Positions 29,973-38,013 of a stretch of 64,000 nucleotides of DNA are shown here, piece by piece; position 1 is the stretch's first letter, and every line of letters starts with the position of its first letter. Source of the stretch: Xanthobacteraceae bacterium (GTDB lineage: Bacteria; Pseudomonadota; Alphaproteobacteria; Rhizobiales; Xanthobacteraceae); contig JAIESR010000020.1 of the NCBI GenBank assembly GCA_019745775.1, positions 12,339 through 76,338 on the forward strand. Direction: 5' to 3'. A program made the translations under genes and the position numbers. The notes beneath the pieces are model-generated. The model had not been told where the DNA came from. It searched no databases and saw nothing but the letters and a program-made list of their open reading frames with translations.

Positions 29973-30050
29973 TGGTACAGCTGGGTGGGTTCGAACCACC
30001 GGCCTCCGGTTCCACAGACCGGCGCTCTGGGCCAACTGAGCTACAGCTGC
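29973..30050 (-). tRNA. tRNA-His (GUG), alphaproteobacterial type without an encoded G-1
   Basis: Manual cloverleaf: GCAGCTG TA GCTC AGTTGGCCCA GAGC G CCGGT CTGTGGA ACCGG AGGCC GGTGG TTCGAAC CCACC CAGCTGT A CCA. It has G1-U72, A73 and an encoded CCA, and the base at -1 is T. Confidence 0.9.
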
Positions 30051-30087
30051 ATCGTGATTGTTGGTATCCCGGCCAACGCTCGGCGGC

Positions 30088-30103
30088 TGTGATCGCGATC
30101 ACA
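30088..30103. promoter_or_regulatory. Perfect 16-bp palindrome TGTGATCGCGATCACA (CRP-type TGTGA-N6-TCACA)
   Basis: Located between the divergent tRNA-His (5' end at 30050) and the GT2 gene (ATG 30275). It is the only perfect TGTGA-N6-TCACA I saw in the window. Confidence 0.35.
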
Positions 30104-30274
30104 ATCTTTGCGAATTCAGGTGCCGGCCATTTCGGAGCGTCCCGGAGCGCCCGCCATGCATGGCGGCAGCCAGGACCGTGGCGACCGGCGGCGGCCAAGA
30201 GCTTGTCCGACCTTCTCGATGCCCTTACAAGTCCGGCGGGGATAACCACCCGCGGGACAGTCGTCGAGAGCGTG

Positions 30275-31255
30275 ATGCCGGAACCTAGCGTCTCCGTCGC
30301 GATGTGCAGCTACAACATGGCTGCCTACATCGGGGAGCAACTCGCGAGCCTTGTCCGGCAGACCCGGCGACCGAACGAGCTCATCGTCTGCGACGATGGC
30401 TCGGACGACCAGACCGTCGCGATCGTGCGCGCCTTCGCGGCCGGCGCGCCGTTCGACGTCCGGATCGTTCAGAACGACCCCTGCATCGGGTGCAACCAGA
30501 ATTTCGAGAAGGCGATCTCGCTCTGCAACGGCGACATCATCTTCCTGTGCGACCACGACGACGTCTGGCGTGAGCGGAAGATCGAGATGCTGCTCGCGCT
30601 GATGCGTGACGAGGATGTCGGCGCGGCGTTCGGCGACGCCGACGTGGTGCTGGCCGATCTCACGCCGCGCGGCTTCACGCTGTGGGACACCTGCAACTTC
30701 AATCCCGCGCGGCGCAAGCGCTTCGCGGCCGGCGCCCAGTTTTCGGAGCTGATCGTCAACAACGTCATGCAGGGGGCCGCCGCGGCGTTCAAATCGTCGT
30801 TGCGGCCGGCCATCCTGCCGATACCGCCGGAATGGCAGCACGACTATTGGATCGCGTTGATCGTCGCGGCGCATGCGCGGATCAATTTCACCGAAGCGTG
30901 CGTGCTCGACTACCGGCAGCACGATCGAAATCTGATCGGGGCCGGCATGCCCCATCGGGCGAGCTCGTGGACGGCGATGAGGCGGCTGCGGCACCGCACC
31001 GGCCGCTGGTTCAAGAAGCTCCGCTCGCCGACCGGCTACTACAACGAACGGCTCGCCGATGTCCGGCGCGAGCTGCAGCCGATGTCGGTCCTGCGTGAAC
31101 GACTGATGCGGCTCGATCAGGCGACGATCGGCGTCGCCACGTCGCTTGTGGAGGAGGAAATCGCGCGCCTCACGCGGCAGCAAACACGCATTCAGGACAA
31201 GATGCGACGCTGGTCCTGGACGGCGCCGCGTTCGTCGCGGGCATCGGAAACCTGA
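30275..31255 (+). CDS. Family 2 glycosyltransferase
   Basis: VSVAMCSYNMAAYIGEQLASLVRQTRRPNELIVCDDGSDDQT...FLCDHDDVW (GT-A fold, DxD-type motifs). The start is ATG 30275 or GTG 30272. The track ORF from 29972 runs through the tRNA gene. Confidence 0.8.
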   Translation: MPEPSVSVAMCSYNMAAYIGEQLASLVRQTRRPNELIVCDDGSDDQTVAIVRAFAAGAPFDVRIVQNDPCIGCNQNFEKAISLCNGDIIFLCDHDDVWRERKIEMLLALMRDEDVGAAFGDADVVLADLTPRGFTLWDTCNFNPARRKRFAAGAQFSELIVNNVMQGAAAAFKSSLRPAILPIPPEWQHDYWIALIVAAHARINFTEACVLDYRQHDRNLIGAGMPHRASSWTAMRRLRHRTGRWFKKLRSPTGYYNERLADVRRELQPMSVLRERLMRLDQATIGVATSLVEEEIARLTRQQTRIQDKMRRWSWTAPRSSRASET

Positions 31256-31279
31256 CCACGCCGCCAGGCGCGGCGTCGG

Positions 31280-31693
31280 CTAGCCCGCGAGCGCTTCGGT
31301 CCAGCGCGGCTCACCCTCGGTCAGGAAATTGCGCAGCGCGATGGCGGCCTGCGAGGGGCTCGCCAGATAGACCGGATCGGTCGCCCGACCGCCATAGGCG
31401 AAGAGGTCCTTCAAACGGTGTGGCATGTCGCGCCAGCGCGGTGCGTAGGTGGCGTTCGAGAACACCGTGGCGCCGGGTTTCGCTTCCAGCGGGAAGGCGC
31501 GGCCGCCGGAGACATGGTTGGCCCAGCCGCACAGGCAGGCCGGCGTCCGGCAGGGATGCTGCACGCGCCGCATGGTGAACTGGTCGTCGGGAATCTCGCC
31601 GCGCTCGAGCATCCCGAGCAACCTCACCAGGGATTCGTATTCGACATCGGAAAGGCCGAGCGCGGATGGCGGCAGGAAACTGTTCGCGAGCAT
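31280..31693 (-). CDS. Hypothetical protein (137 aa)
   Basis: Start chosen at MLANSFLPPS. The 5' extension of the track ORF to 32065 overlaps the next, better-supported small gene. Confidence 0.45.
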   Translation of the reverse strand: MLANSFLPPSALGLSDVEYESLVRLLGMLERGEIPDDQFTMRRVQHPCRTPACLCGWANHVSGGRAFPLEAKPGATVFSNATYAPRWRDMPHRLKDLFAYGGRATDPVYLASPSQAAIALRNFLTEGEPRWTEALAG

Positions 31694-31865
31694 GCGCGGT
31701 GTCCTTCTTATGAGAAATCCGACAGCCGGCCCGGACCACGAACCGGCGTGGACTTGGGTCACGACAGCATTCCCCGGAATGGGGCCGATGCCAAGACCCC
31801 CGGGCGTTGGACCTGACATGCCGATGGGGAATTGCTGCGGCTTGGCGTGTGCCGCCAGGCTCACC

Positions 31866-32141
31866 TCAAGGGCACATCCAGGCCGGATAGGCGGAGCGCG
31901 CCTTGGAGTCGTCGGGACAATTGCGCGACGGACCCGGGCAGGTATCGCGCTGCATGCAGCGATCCACATAGCGCCGGCCGCTGGCGCTTTTGACGTTGAC
32001 GCCTTGCTGCGACGCCAGTTCAACGCATCGCTGGTACGTGTTCTTGCGCCAACCGGACTGCGCAAAGCTCAGCCCTGAGACCATGAGGATCGTGATGGCG
32101 ATGGCGGTTGCAACGATGGCGGCTGTAATGGAGGTGCGCAT
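31866..32141 (-). CDS. Small secreted Cys-rich protein
   Basis: Strong SD (aggag, then 6 nt, then ATG). Signal peptide MRTSITAAIVATAIAITILMVSGLSFAQS. The mature part contains 6 Cys. Confidence 0.6.
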   Translation of the reverse strand: MRTSITAAIVATAIAITILMVSGLSFAQSGWRKNTYQRCVELASQQGVNVKSASGRRYVDRCMQRDTCPGPSRNCPDDSKARSAYPAWMCP

Positions 32142-32255
32142 GGATTACTCCTATGGCGCATCAACTCGCTGACTATGACTTAGGTCCGCTCCGGGGCCGG
32201 CGCCAGCCGGGGGCCGCGAGATTCTAGCCGATCCTCTCGGGCGGGAAATCGAAAT

Positions 32256-32330
32256 TGGTGAGCCCAGATGGGATCGAACCATCGACCTACTGATTAAAAG
32301 TCAGTTGCTCTACCGCTGAGCTATGGGCCC
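32256..32330 (-). tRNA. tRNA-Lys (UUU)
   Basis: Manual cloverleaf: GGGCCCA TA GCTC AGCGGTA GAGC A ACTGA CTTTTAA TCAGT AGGTC GATGG TTCGATC CCATC TGGGCTC A CCA. Confidence 0.9.
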
Positions 32331-32511
32331 GCCTGACGCGGTGGCGGAATAGCGAAGGCATCGCACGCCGCCGTGGGCGCGTGTGTAGGGGGCGCGCCCG
32401 GTACGGTCAATAGCCGGGCACAGTGGCGGCGGATTGTCCTGTCAAAATCGGCCCGGCATGCCTATCTTTCGCGCGAGAACGTGTTTCCCCGGAGCCTGAA
32501 GGAGCGCACCA

Positions 32512-33684
32512 ATGCCGATCGTCAACCGCATTGCGGCCCTGCACGGCGACATCACCGAGTGGCGCCGCGACTTCCACGCGCATCCGGAACTGCTTTACGA
32601 CGTGCACCGGACCGCGGCCTCGGTCGCGGACAAGCTCCGGAATTTCGGCTGCGACGAGGTGGTCACCGGCATCGGCCGGACCGGCGTGGTCGGCGTCATC
32701 CACGGCCGCAAGCCGGCGGACGGTGCGATCAAGACGATCGGGCTGCGCGCCGACATGGACGCGCTGCCGATCATGGAAGCCACCAACCTTCCGTACAAGT
32801 CAACGACGCCCGGCAAGATGCACGCCTGCGGCCATGACGGCCACACCGCGATGCTGCTCGGCGCCGCGCGCTATCTCGCCGAGACGCGCAATTTCGCCGG
32901 CACCGCGGTCGTCATCTTCCAGCCGGCGGAGGAGGGCGGCGCCGGCGGCAAGGCCATGATCCAGGACGGCATGATGGACCGGTTCGGGATCGGCGAGGTC
33001 TACGGCATGCACAACTATCCGGGCCTGCCGGTCGGCGAGTTCGCGATCCGCCCGGGCCCGATCATGGCGGCGGCCGATCATCTCACCATCGACATCGAGG
33101 GCGTCGGCGGGCACGCGGCGCGTCCGCATCTGTCGATCGACACCGTTCTGGTCGGCTCGCAGATCGTCAACGCCCTGCAATCGGTCGTGTCGCGCAATGT
33201 CGACCCGCTGCACGCGGCGGTGATCTCGGTCTGCATGTTCCACGCCGGCAACGCCGACAACGTGATCCCGCAGACCGCGCAGCTCAACGGCACGGCGAGG
33301 AGCCTCACGCCCGCCGTCCAGGACCTGCTCGAACGCCGCCTCAAGGAGGTGGTCGAGGGCGTCGCGAAGCTGCATGGCGCCAAGGCGTCTGTCGACTACC
33401 GGCGCAACTATCCGGTGCTGAAGAACCACGAACGGCAGACCGGCTTTGCGGCTTCCGTCGCCGGGCAGGTGGTCGGCGACAACAAGGTCGACACCGCCAT
33501 GGCGCCGGTCATGGGGGCGGAGGATTTCTCGTTCATGCTGGAGGCGCGGCCGGGCGCGTTCATCTTCGTCGGAAACGGCGACAGCGCGGGACTTCACCAT
33601 CCCGCCTACAACTTCAACGACGACGTGATCCCGATCGGGACGTCGTATTGGGTCAAGCTGGTCGAGAACGCGCTGCCGGCGTAA
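32512..33684 (+). CDS. M20D-family amidohydrolase (hippurate hydrolase / N-acyl-amino-acid amidohydrolase-like)
   Basis: WRRDFHAHPEL, RADMDALP, HACGHDGH, FQPAEEG and GGHAARPH motifs. Confidence 0.85.
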   Translation: MPIVNRIAALHGDITEWRRDFHAHPELLYDVHRTAASVADKLRNFGCDEVVTGIGRTGVVGVIHGRKPADGAIKTIGLRADMDALPIMEATNLPYKSTTPGKMHACGHDGHTAMLLGAARYLAETRNFAGTAVVIFQPAEEGGAGGKAMIQDGMMDRFGIGEVYGMHNYPGLPVGEFAIRPGPIMAAADHLTIDIEGVGGHAARPHLSIDTVLVGSQIVNALQSVVSRNVDPLHAAVISVCMFHAGNADNVIPQTAQLNGTARSLTPAVQDLLERRLKEVVEGVAKLHGAKASVDYRRNYPVLKNHERQTGFAASVAGQVVGDNKVDTAMAPVMGAEDFSFMLEARPGAFIFVGNGDSAGLHHPAYNFNDDVIPIGTSYWVKLVENALPA

Positions 33685-33694
33685 TCCGGTAGCT

Positions 33695-33773
33695 GTCATT
33701 GCGAGCGAAGCGAAGCATCTAGAATCGCGCAATCGTGCTGGATTGCTTCGTCGCTTGCGCTCCTCGCAATGAC
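33695..33773. repeat. REP-type imperfect palindrome (gtcattgcgagcgaagcgaagca family)
   Basis: The left arm gtcattgcgagcgaagcgaagca pairs with the right arm tgcttcgtcgcttgcgctcctcgcaatgac. It yields the spurious peptide VIARSASDEAIQ, which I recall from Bradyrhizobiaceae. Confidence 0.6.
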
Positions 33774-33796
33774 GACTGCGAACGATCCAAGTGACT

Positions 33797-34069
33797 TCAC
33801 AGCTCCTCCGGCTCGATCTCGATGACGAGGTCGAAGCGCTCGCGCAGCCGCGCAACCGCGTCGTCGCACAGTTCCGCGCAGACCGCGGGAACGGCGCCGC
33901 CGGCAGCATTGATGTGCGACACATACCAATTGGAATCCGGCCGCTCCGCCGCACTCACCGTGACGGCGCTGATCGCATTGCACGCGGAACAGCGGCGCAA
34001 TTCGTTGAGGACATAGCGCTCGAGCTCGGGGGCGGTCTTGAGGGTCTTGTTTTCGGAGGTCTTGGTCAT
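33797..34069 (-). CDS. Small hypothetical protein (90 aa)
   Basis: Start at MTKTSENKTL. The longer track ORF to 34429 reads through a REP element and into the 3' end of the ndvB-like gene. No family recognised. Confidence 0.45.
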   Translation of the reverse strand: MTKTSENKTLKTAPELERYVLNELRRCSACNAISAVTVSAAERPDSNWYVSHINAAGGAVPAVCAELCDDAVARLRERFDLVIEIEPEEL

Positions 34070-34127
34070 GGCGAGGTTTCGATACACGAAGCGGCGCCGC
34101 ATGGCGACTCGCGGCGCGCTCTCGCCG

Positions 34128-34250
34128 CCCTCATGCTGAGGAGCGTTGCGAAGCAACGCGTCTCCAAGCGCGAGGGCGGCCCGGTCGTAGCGGCACCGGG
34201 GCTGCATGGTTCGAGACGTGCGGCTTTTGCCGCGCTCCTCACCATGAGGG
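34128..34250. repeat. REP/MITE-like element with inverted termini cctcatgCtgaggagcg / cgctcctcacCatgagg
   Basis: The termini lie at 34128-34144 and 34234-34250. It gives the spurious peptide LMLRSVAKQRVSKREGG, typical of this repeat family as I recall it. Confidence 0.6.
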
Positions 34251-34256
34251 GCAGGC

Positions 34257-37022
34257 TTACTGCGCGGCTTCGATCCGGTTCTCGGTCGGGACCTGGACCT
34301 GCATTTGGGCCGGCGCTTCCGCGGCAGCAGGGCGGGGCAGGGTCTCGGCCACCTTGGCCTCGACGCCGCGCCAGTAGGCGAATTCGTTGAAGCGCGAGCC
34401 TTCGAGTGCCGCGATCGCCACCGCCGCAATGAACGGCAGGCTCTGGATGACCAGGACCGCCGCGAAGATATTAAGCTCGGTGATCTGTTTGACGTTGGTG
34501 CCGACGATCAGCGTTGCGCTGATCAGGAGCAGCGCCGCCAGGATGCCTTCCCAGAACGCCGCAAAGTCGGCGCCGCGCCGCGTCGCGCCGCCCTTGGCGG
34601 TGCGGGTGAAGGGCATGGTGTCCTTGAGGATGCCATAGCCGATCGCGCGCGCCACCGTCCATTGCACGGACATGGCGGCGACGACCGCCGCCATCATCTG
34701 GCCGAGTGAGATCGCGACCCGCAAACGATAGAGCGCGACAAAATGCAGGAGCGAGACGGCGAATGCCGCGAGAATCGGGATCGTCAGGATCTTGTCCGGG
34801 ATCGCGATATCCATGAACACGATCACCGGCACCCAGATCAGGTTGAGGATCGCGACCACGACGCCCAGCGTCTCCGCGCCGAGCCAGTTGAGCCAGCCGA
34901 GGGCGTATTCGCGTTTCTGGTCGCGGGTCAGCTCGCGGGCGCGCGGTAGCAGGTAGCGCCAGTGGTGGCGTAGAATCTGGAAGCCGCCGTAGGCCCAGCG
35001 ATGGCGCTGCTTCTTGAACGCCTCGTAGGTGTCGGGGAGGAGGCCATGGCCATAGCGGCGGTTGGTGTAGTGCACCTGCCAGCCCTGCTCGAGCAGGGTG
35101 AGGCCGAGATCGGTGTCCTCGACAATGGTGCGGCTCGACCAGCTGCCGGCGGCCGCGATCGCGGTGCGGCGGATCAGGCACATGGTGCCATGCACGATGA
35201 TGGCGTTGGCCTCGTTGCGCTGGACCATGCCGATGTCGAAGAATCCGGCATACTCGCCGTTCATGGCGCTGTGCATGACCGAGCGGTCGGCATCGCGGTG
35301 ATCCTGCGGCGACTGGATCATGCCGACCTTCTGGTCCGCGAAATACGGAACCAGGTCCTTCAGCCAGTCGGGACGCACGACATAGTCGGCGTCGATCACG
35401 CCGATGATCTCGGCATCGTCCGCGGTGTGAGTCAGCGCGAGGCGCAGCGCACCCGCCTTGAAGCCGTCGAGGTTGTCGACGTTGAGGAACTTGAAGCGCT
35501 CGCCGAGCGTGCGGCAATGCTCTTCGATCGGCTGCCAATAGGCGGGGTCGGGCGTGTTGTTGATCACCACCACGCACTCGAAGTTCGGGTATTCGAGGCG
35601 CGCGACCGCGTCGAGCGTGAGCTTGAGCATCTCTGGCGGCTCTTTGTGCGCCGGGATGTGCACCGAAACCTTTGGCAGATAGCCGTCGACGGCGGGGCCC
35701 GGCGCCGAAATCAGCCGGCGCGGGCCGCGGCCGAACGCGATCGCCGCGATCTCCTCGATGCGCGCGAGCGCGATCAGCACCAGCGGAATCAAGAGCAGAA
35801 TGCCGAAGCCGAGCGCGAACGCCGCGCCGGGCACGAAATAGTGTCCGTTCCAGAACGCAAACACGACGGCGAACCACGCGCCGACCGCGTTGGTCGCGAC
35901 GGCGAGCGTGAGCGCTTCGCCGGCGGTCGCGTGCGGCTTGGCCAGGATCGTCAGCGAGAACAGGAGGCCGAGCAGCAAGGCGAGGCCGGCGACCCGCCAA
36001 TGGTCCGGGTCGCTGACCGGGCCCGCCCAGGCGAACTTGGCGTTGCGCCAGGAGTCGAACAGCCCCCAATACGGACCAACGCCGCCCTCGAACGTCTTGT
36101 GGGGCTGATCGATCGCTTCGATGATGTTGTACTCGATGCCGTAGGCTTCGGCGCGCGCCAGGAATTCGCGAACCACCAACGCCTGTTCGACACGGCCGGG
36201 CACAGCCTGATGATAGTTGTAGCCTCCGCTCGGCCAGCCGAACTCGGCAACCAGGATACGTTTGCCCTCGTAGCGGCTACGAATCTGGTCATAAGTCTGG
36301 ATTGTGAAATCGACCGCCTGATTGACCGTCTGTTTGTCCCAATACGGCAGGATATGAGCGGCGATGAAGTCGACATGCCGAGATAGCTCTTCTGCGATTT
36401 TTCGCTTCTTCTCCGCTTTCTCCGGGTCGCCGTCACGGCCAAGCCAGACGTCATGGGTTTCGCCCGTGGTGATCGGCAACTGAGTGGCCCGCTTTACGCG
36501 CTGGATGATCGCGATCAACTCGTCGGCCGCCATGTCACCGCGCAGCAGCGTTTCGTTGCCGACCACGATGGCGCTGATGTTGCTATAGCGACGTGCAAGC
36601 GTGATCGCCGATTGAATCTCGCGCTCGTTCAGCGATTGGTGGCACTTGATCGTCTTTTCGTCGCGTAGCTCGCCGGAGGCGGTTTTTGGGCTGACGCCGG
36701 CAAGCCAGATACCGAGCGTAACCTTCAGGCCAAGTTCCTGCGCGATGGCGGGTATCGCCTGATGACCACCGATCGAGGAATAGGTGCGGATCGAGCGCGT
36801 GTAAGGGCTCAGGCCCCGCAGGTCGGCGCGGATCTGTTCGGGCGTCGGCTGAACGGCAGGTTCGCAATTCTTAGGCGGCTTCTGCCATCGCGTGTAGGGG
36901 GAGTACGAAACGCTGGCGAGCGGACCGTTGATGTCGGGACTGGAATACTGCCGCTGCGCGATGCCCCACAGAGCAGCGTGCACGCACGTTACGAGCGCGA
37001 CAGCGGCAACTACAATGCGCAT
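34257..37022 (-). CDS. ndvB: Bifunctional GH17 glucanase-like / processive GT2 beta-glucan synthase (NdvB-type cyclic beta-1,3-glucan synthase)
   Basis: The N-terminal GH17 part has VVGNETLL (acid/base) and AEFGWPSGG (nucleophile). TM segments follow. The GT2 part has VIDADY (DxD), QSPQ and QRHRW (QxxRW). 921 aa. Confidence 0.8.
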   Translation of the reverse strand: MRIVVAAVALVTCVHAALWGIAQRQYSSPDINGPLASVSYSPYTRWQKPPKNCEPAVQPTPEQIRADLRGLSPYTRSIRTYSSIGGHQAIPAIAQELGLKVTLGIWLAGVSPKTASGELRDEKTIKCHQSLNEREIQSAITLARRYSNISAIVVGNETLLRGDMAADELIAIIQRVKRATQLPITTGETHDVWLGRDGDPEKAEKKRKIAEELSRHVDFIAAHILPYWDKQTVNQAVDFTIQTYDQIRSRYEGKRILVAEFGWPSGGYNYHQAVPGRVEQALVVREFLARAEAYGIEYNIIEAIDQPHKTFEGGVGPYWGLFDSWRNAKFAWAGPVSDPDHWRVAGLALLLGLLFSLTILAKPHATAGEALTLAVATNAVGAWFAVVFAFWNGHYFVPGAAFALGFGILLLIPLVLIALARIEEIAAIAFGRGPRRLISAPGPAVDGYLPKVSVHIPAHKEPPEMLKLTLDAVARLEYPNFECVVVINNTPDPAYWQPIEEHCRTLGERFKFLNVDNLDGFKAGALRLALTHTADDAEIIGVIDADYVVRPDWLKDLVPYFADQKVGMIQSPQDHRDADRSVMHSAMNGEYAGFFDIGMVQRNEANAIIVHGTMCLIRRTAIAAAGSWSSRTIVEDTDLGLTLLEQGWQVHYTNRRYGHGLLPDTYEAFKKQRHRWAYGGFQILRHHWRYLLPRARELTRDQKREYALGWLNWLGAETLGVVVAILNLIWVPVIVFMDIAIPDKILTIPILAAFAVSLLHFVALYRLRVAISLGQMMAAVVAAMSVQWTVARAIGYGILKDTMPFTRTAKGGATRRGADFAAFWEGILAALLLISATLIVGTNVKQITELNIFAAVLVIQSLPFIAAVAIAALEGSRFNEFAYWRGVEAKVAETLPRPAAAEAPAQMQVQVPTENRIEAAQ

Positions 37023-37221
37023 GGAAGCTCAACCAAGCGGGCTAGCAAGAAGCGGCGCCCGTACGCGTTCCCCCAAGTCACCCAAGTCCGTCTTCACGGT
37101 AGCTTAGCCAGAGGTTTCCGATCAAGTAGTCGGTAGTAACGGCGAATCCAAGGCGTCAATAAAACTTCCGCGAAATTGTTCCTGGCCAGTCTTAATGGCT
37201 CTGTCTGAACGTTTGTACAGA

Positions 37222-37701
37222 TTAGCGACTGGTCGTTCCGGCCGGCGCGGCGGCTGACGCTGGCGTCTCTTCCTGGGTGGGGTTCACCCAACAGGTGTGG
37301 ACACGACCGTTCAGCGCGTCCGGCTGCTTGGAGTCAATCGGACCACGACGGACGACGCACCGGAACGTCGCCTGGATATGTCCTGCCGGGCAGCCGAAGC
37401 GGTCGTAGAGGTCGAGATGACGGAAGGCGGTATCAAGATCGTCCTGCCACATCAGGCGAACCACCCGCCGACCAAGCCAGACGCATTCGGGGTTGGCGGC
37501 GGGGCCGCCGAGAAGCTTAGCGGCCTCTGCCAGCTCATCGAGCTTGCGCTGGCCTTCCTTCTTGGGATCGGTCTCGCTGCCTGCGGGGCGCGGGGTGCTT
37601 GCCTTGGGGTCGCTGCCTTGAGCCAAAACCGGGGTTGCTGCCGACAACAGAAGAACCGCGCCCAAGGCGGCAACGGCGATACGCATACAGGCAAAAACCA
37701 T
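37222..37701 (-). CDS. Secreted hypothetical protein between the ndvB-like and ndvC-like genes
   Basis: Signal peptide ...AATPVLAQG and 4 conserved-looking Cys (NPECVW, FGCPAG, FRCVV, HTCWV). Positionally equivalent to ndvD, but I cannot verify homology. Confidence 0.5.
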   Translation of the reverse strand: MVFACMRIAVAALGAVLLLSAATPVLAQGSDPKASTPRPAGSETDPKKEGQRKLDELAEAAKLLGGPAANPECVWLGRRVVRLMWQDDLDTAFRHLDLYDRFGCPAGHIQATFRCVVRRGPIDSKQPDALNGRVHTCWVNPTQEETPASAAAPAGTTSR

Positions 37702-38013
37702 GGTCGCTCTGAATGGTTGGGCCAGTCAGGCCGCTGTTCCCCGTCCGACGGCCATTTCCGCCGACACCACAGCCTTCCCATGCCAACTGCCCCGTTGCCG
37801 GAGATTTTGTCGCGGGCGGCGTGATCGGGTGATTAAAGCAGTCGGCAGGCCGGACGCCAATATGCTGCGACGAATTATTGCGCATGCGCTGCGGTAAGTT
37901 TGGTTTGCCGGCGCTGCCTGGACGGTATCGGGTGCGCTTGATCAGGTGCGCTTGGCATGGTCCGGAACGCACGATAAGCGAACCGGATGGGACGGCCGGC
38001 GGGGACAGCCACG

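Noticed and set aside
29972-30274. The track ORF start at 29972, which would extend the glycosyltransferase by 101 codons.
   Set aside because: The extension reads straight through the tRNA-His gene on the opposite strand (MVQLGGFEPP... is the antisense of the tRNA). The GT2 homology begins at MPEPSVSVAMCSYN.
29973-32330. A possible genomic islet delimited by tRNA-His and tRNA-Lys (GT2 gene, hypothetical, small secreted protein).
   Set aside because: There is no integrase, no direct repeat of either tRNA 3' end that I could find, and no obvious compositional shift. This is insufficient evidence for a mobile island.
33797-34429. The 210-aa minus-strand ORF and the 199-aa plus-strand ORF spanning 33791-34429.
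   Set aside because: Most of their length is the translation of REP/MITE-like repeats and of the antisense strand at the 3' end of the ndvB-like gene. Only the 90-aa C-terminal part (33797-34069) looks like a possible gene.
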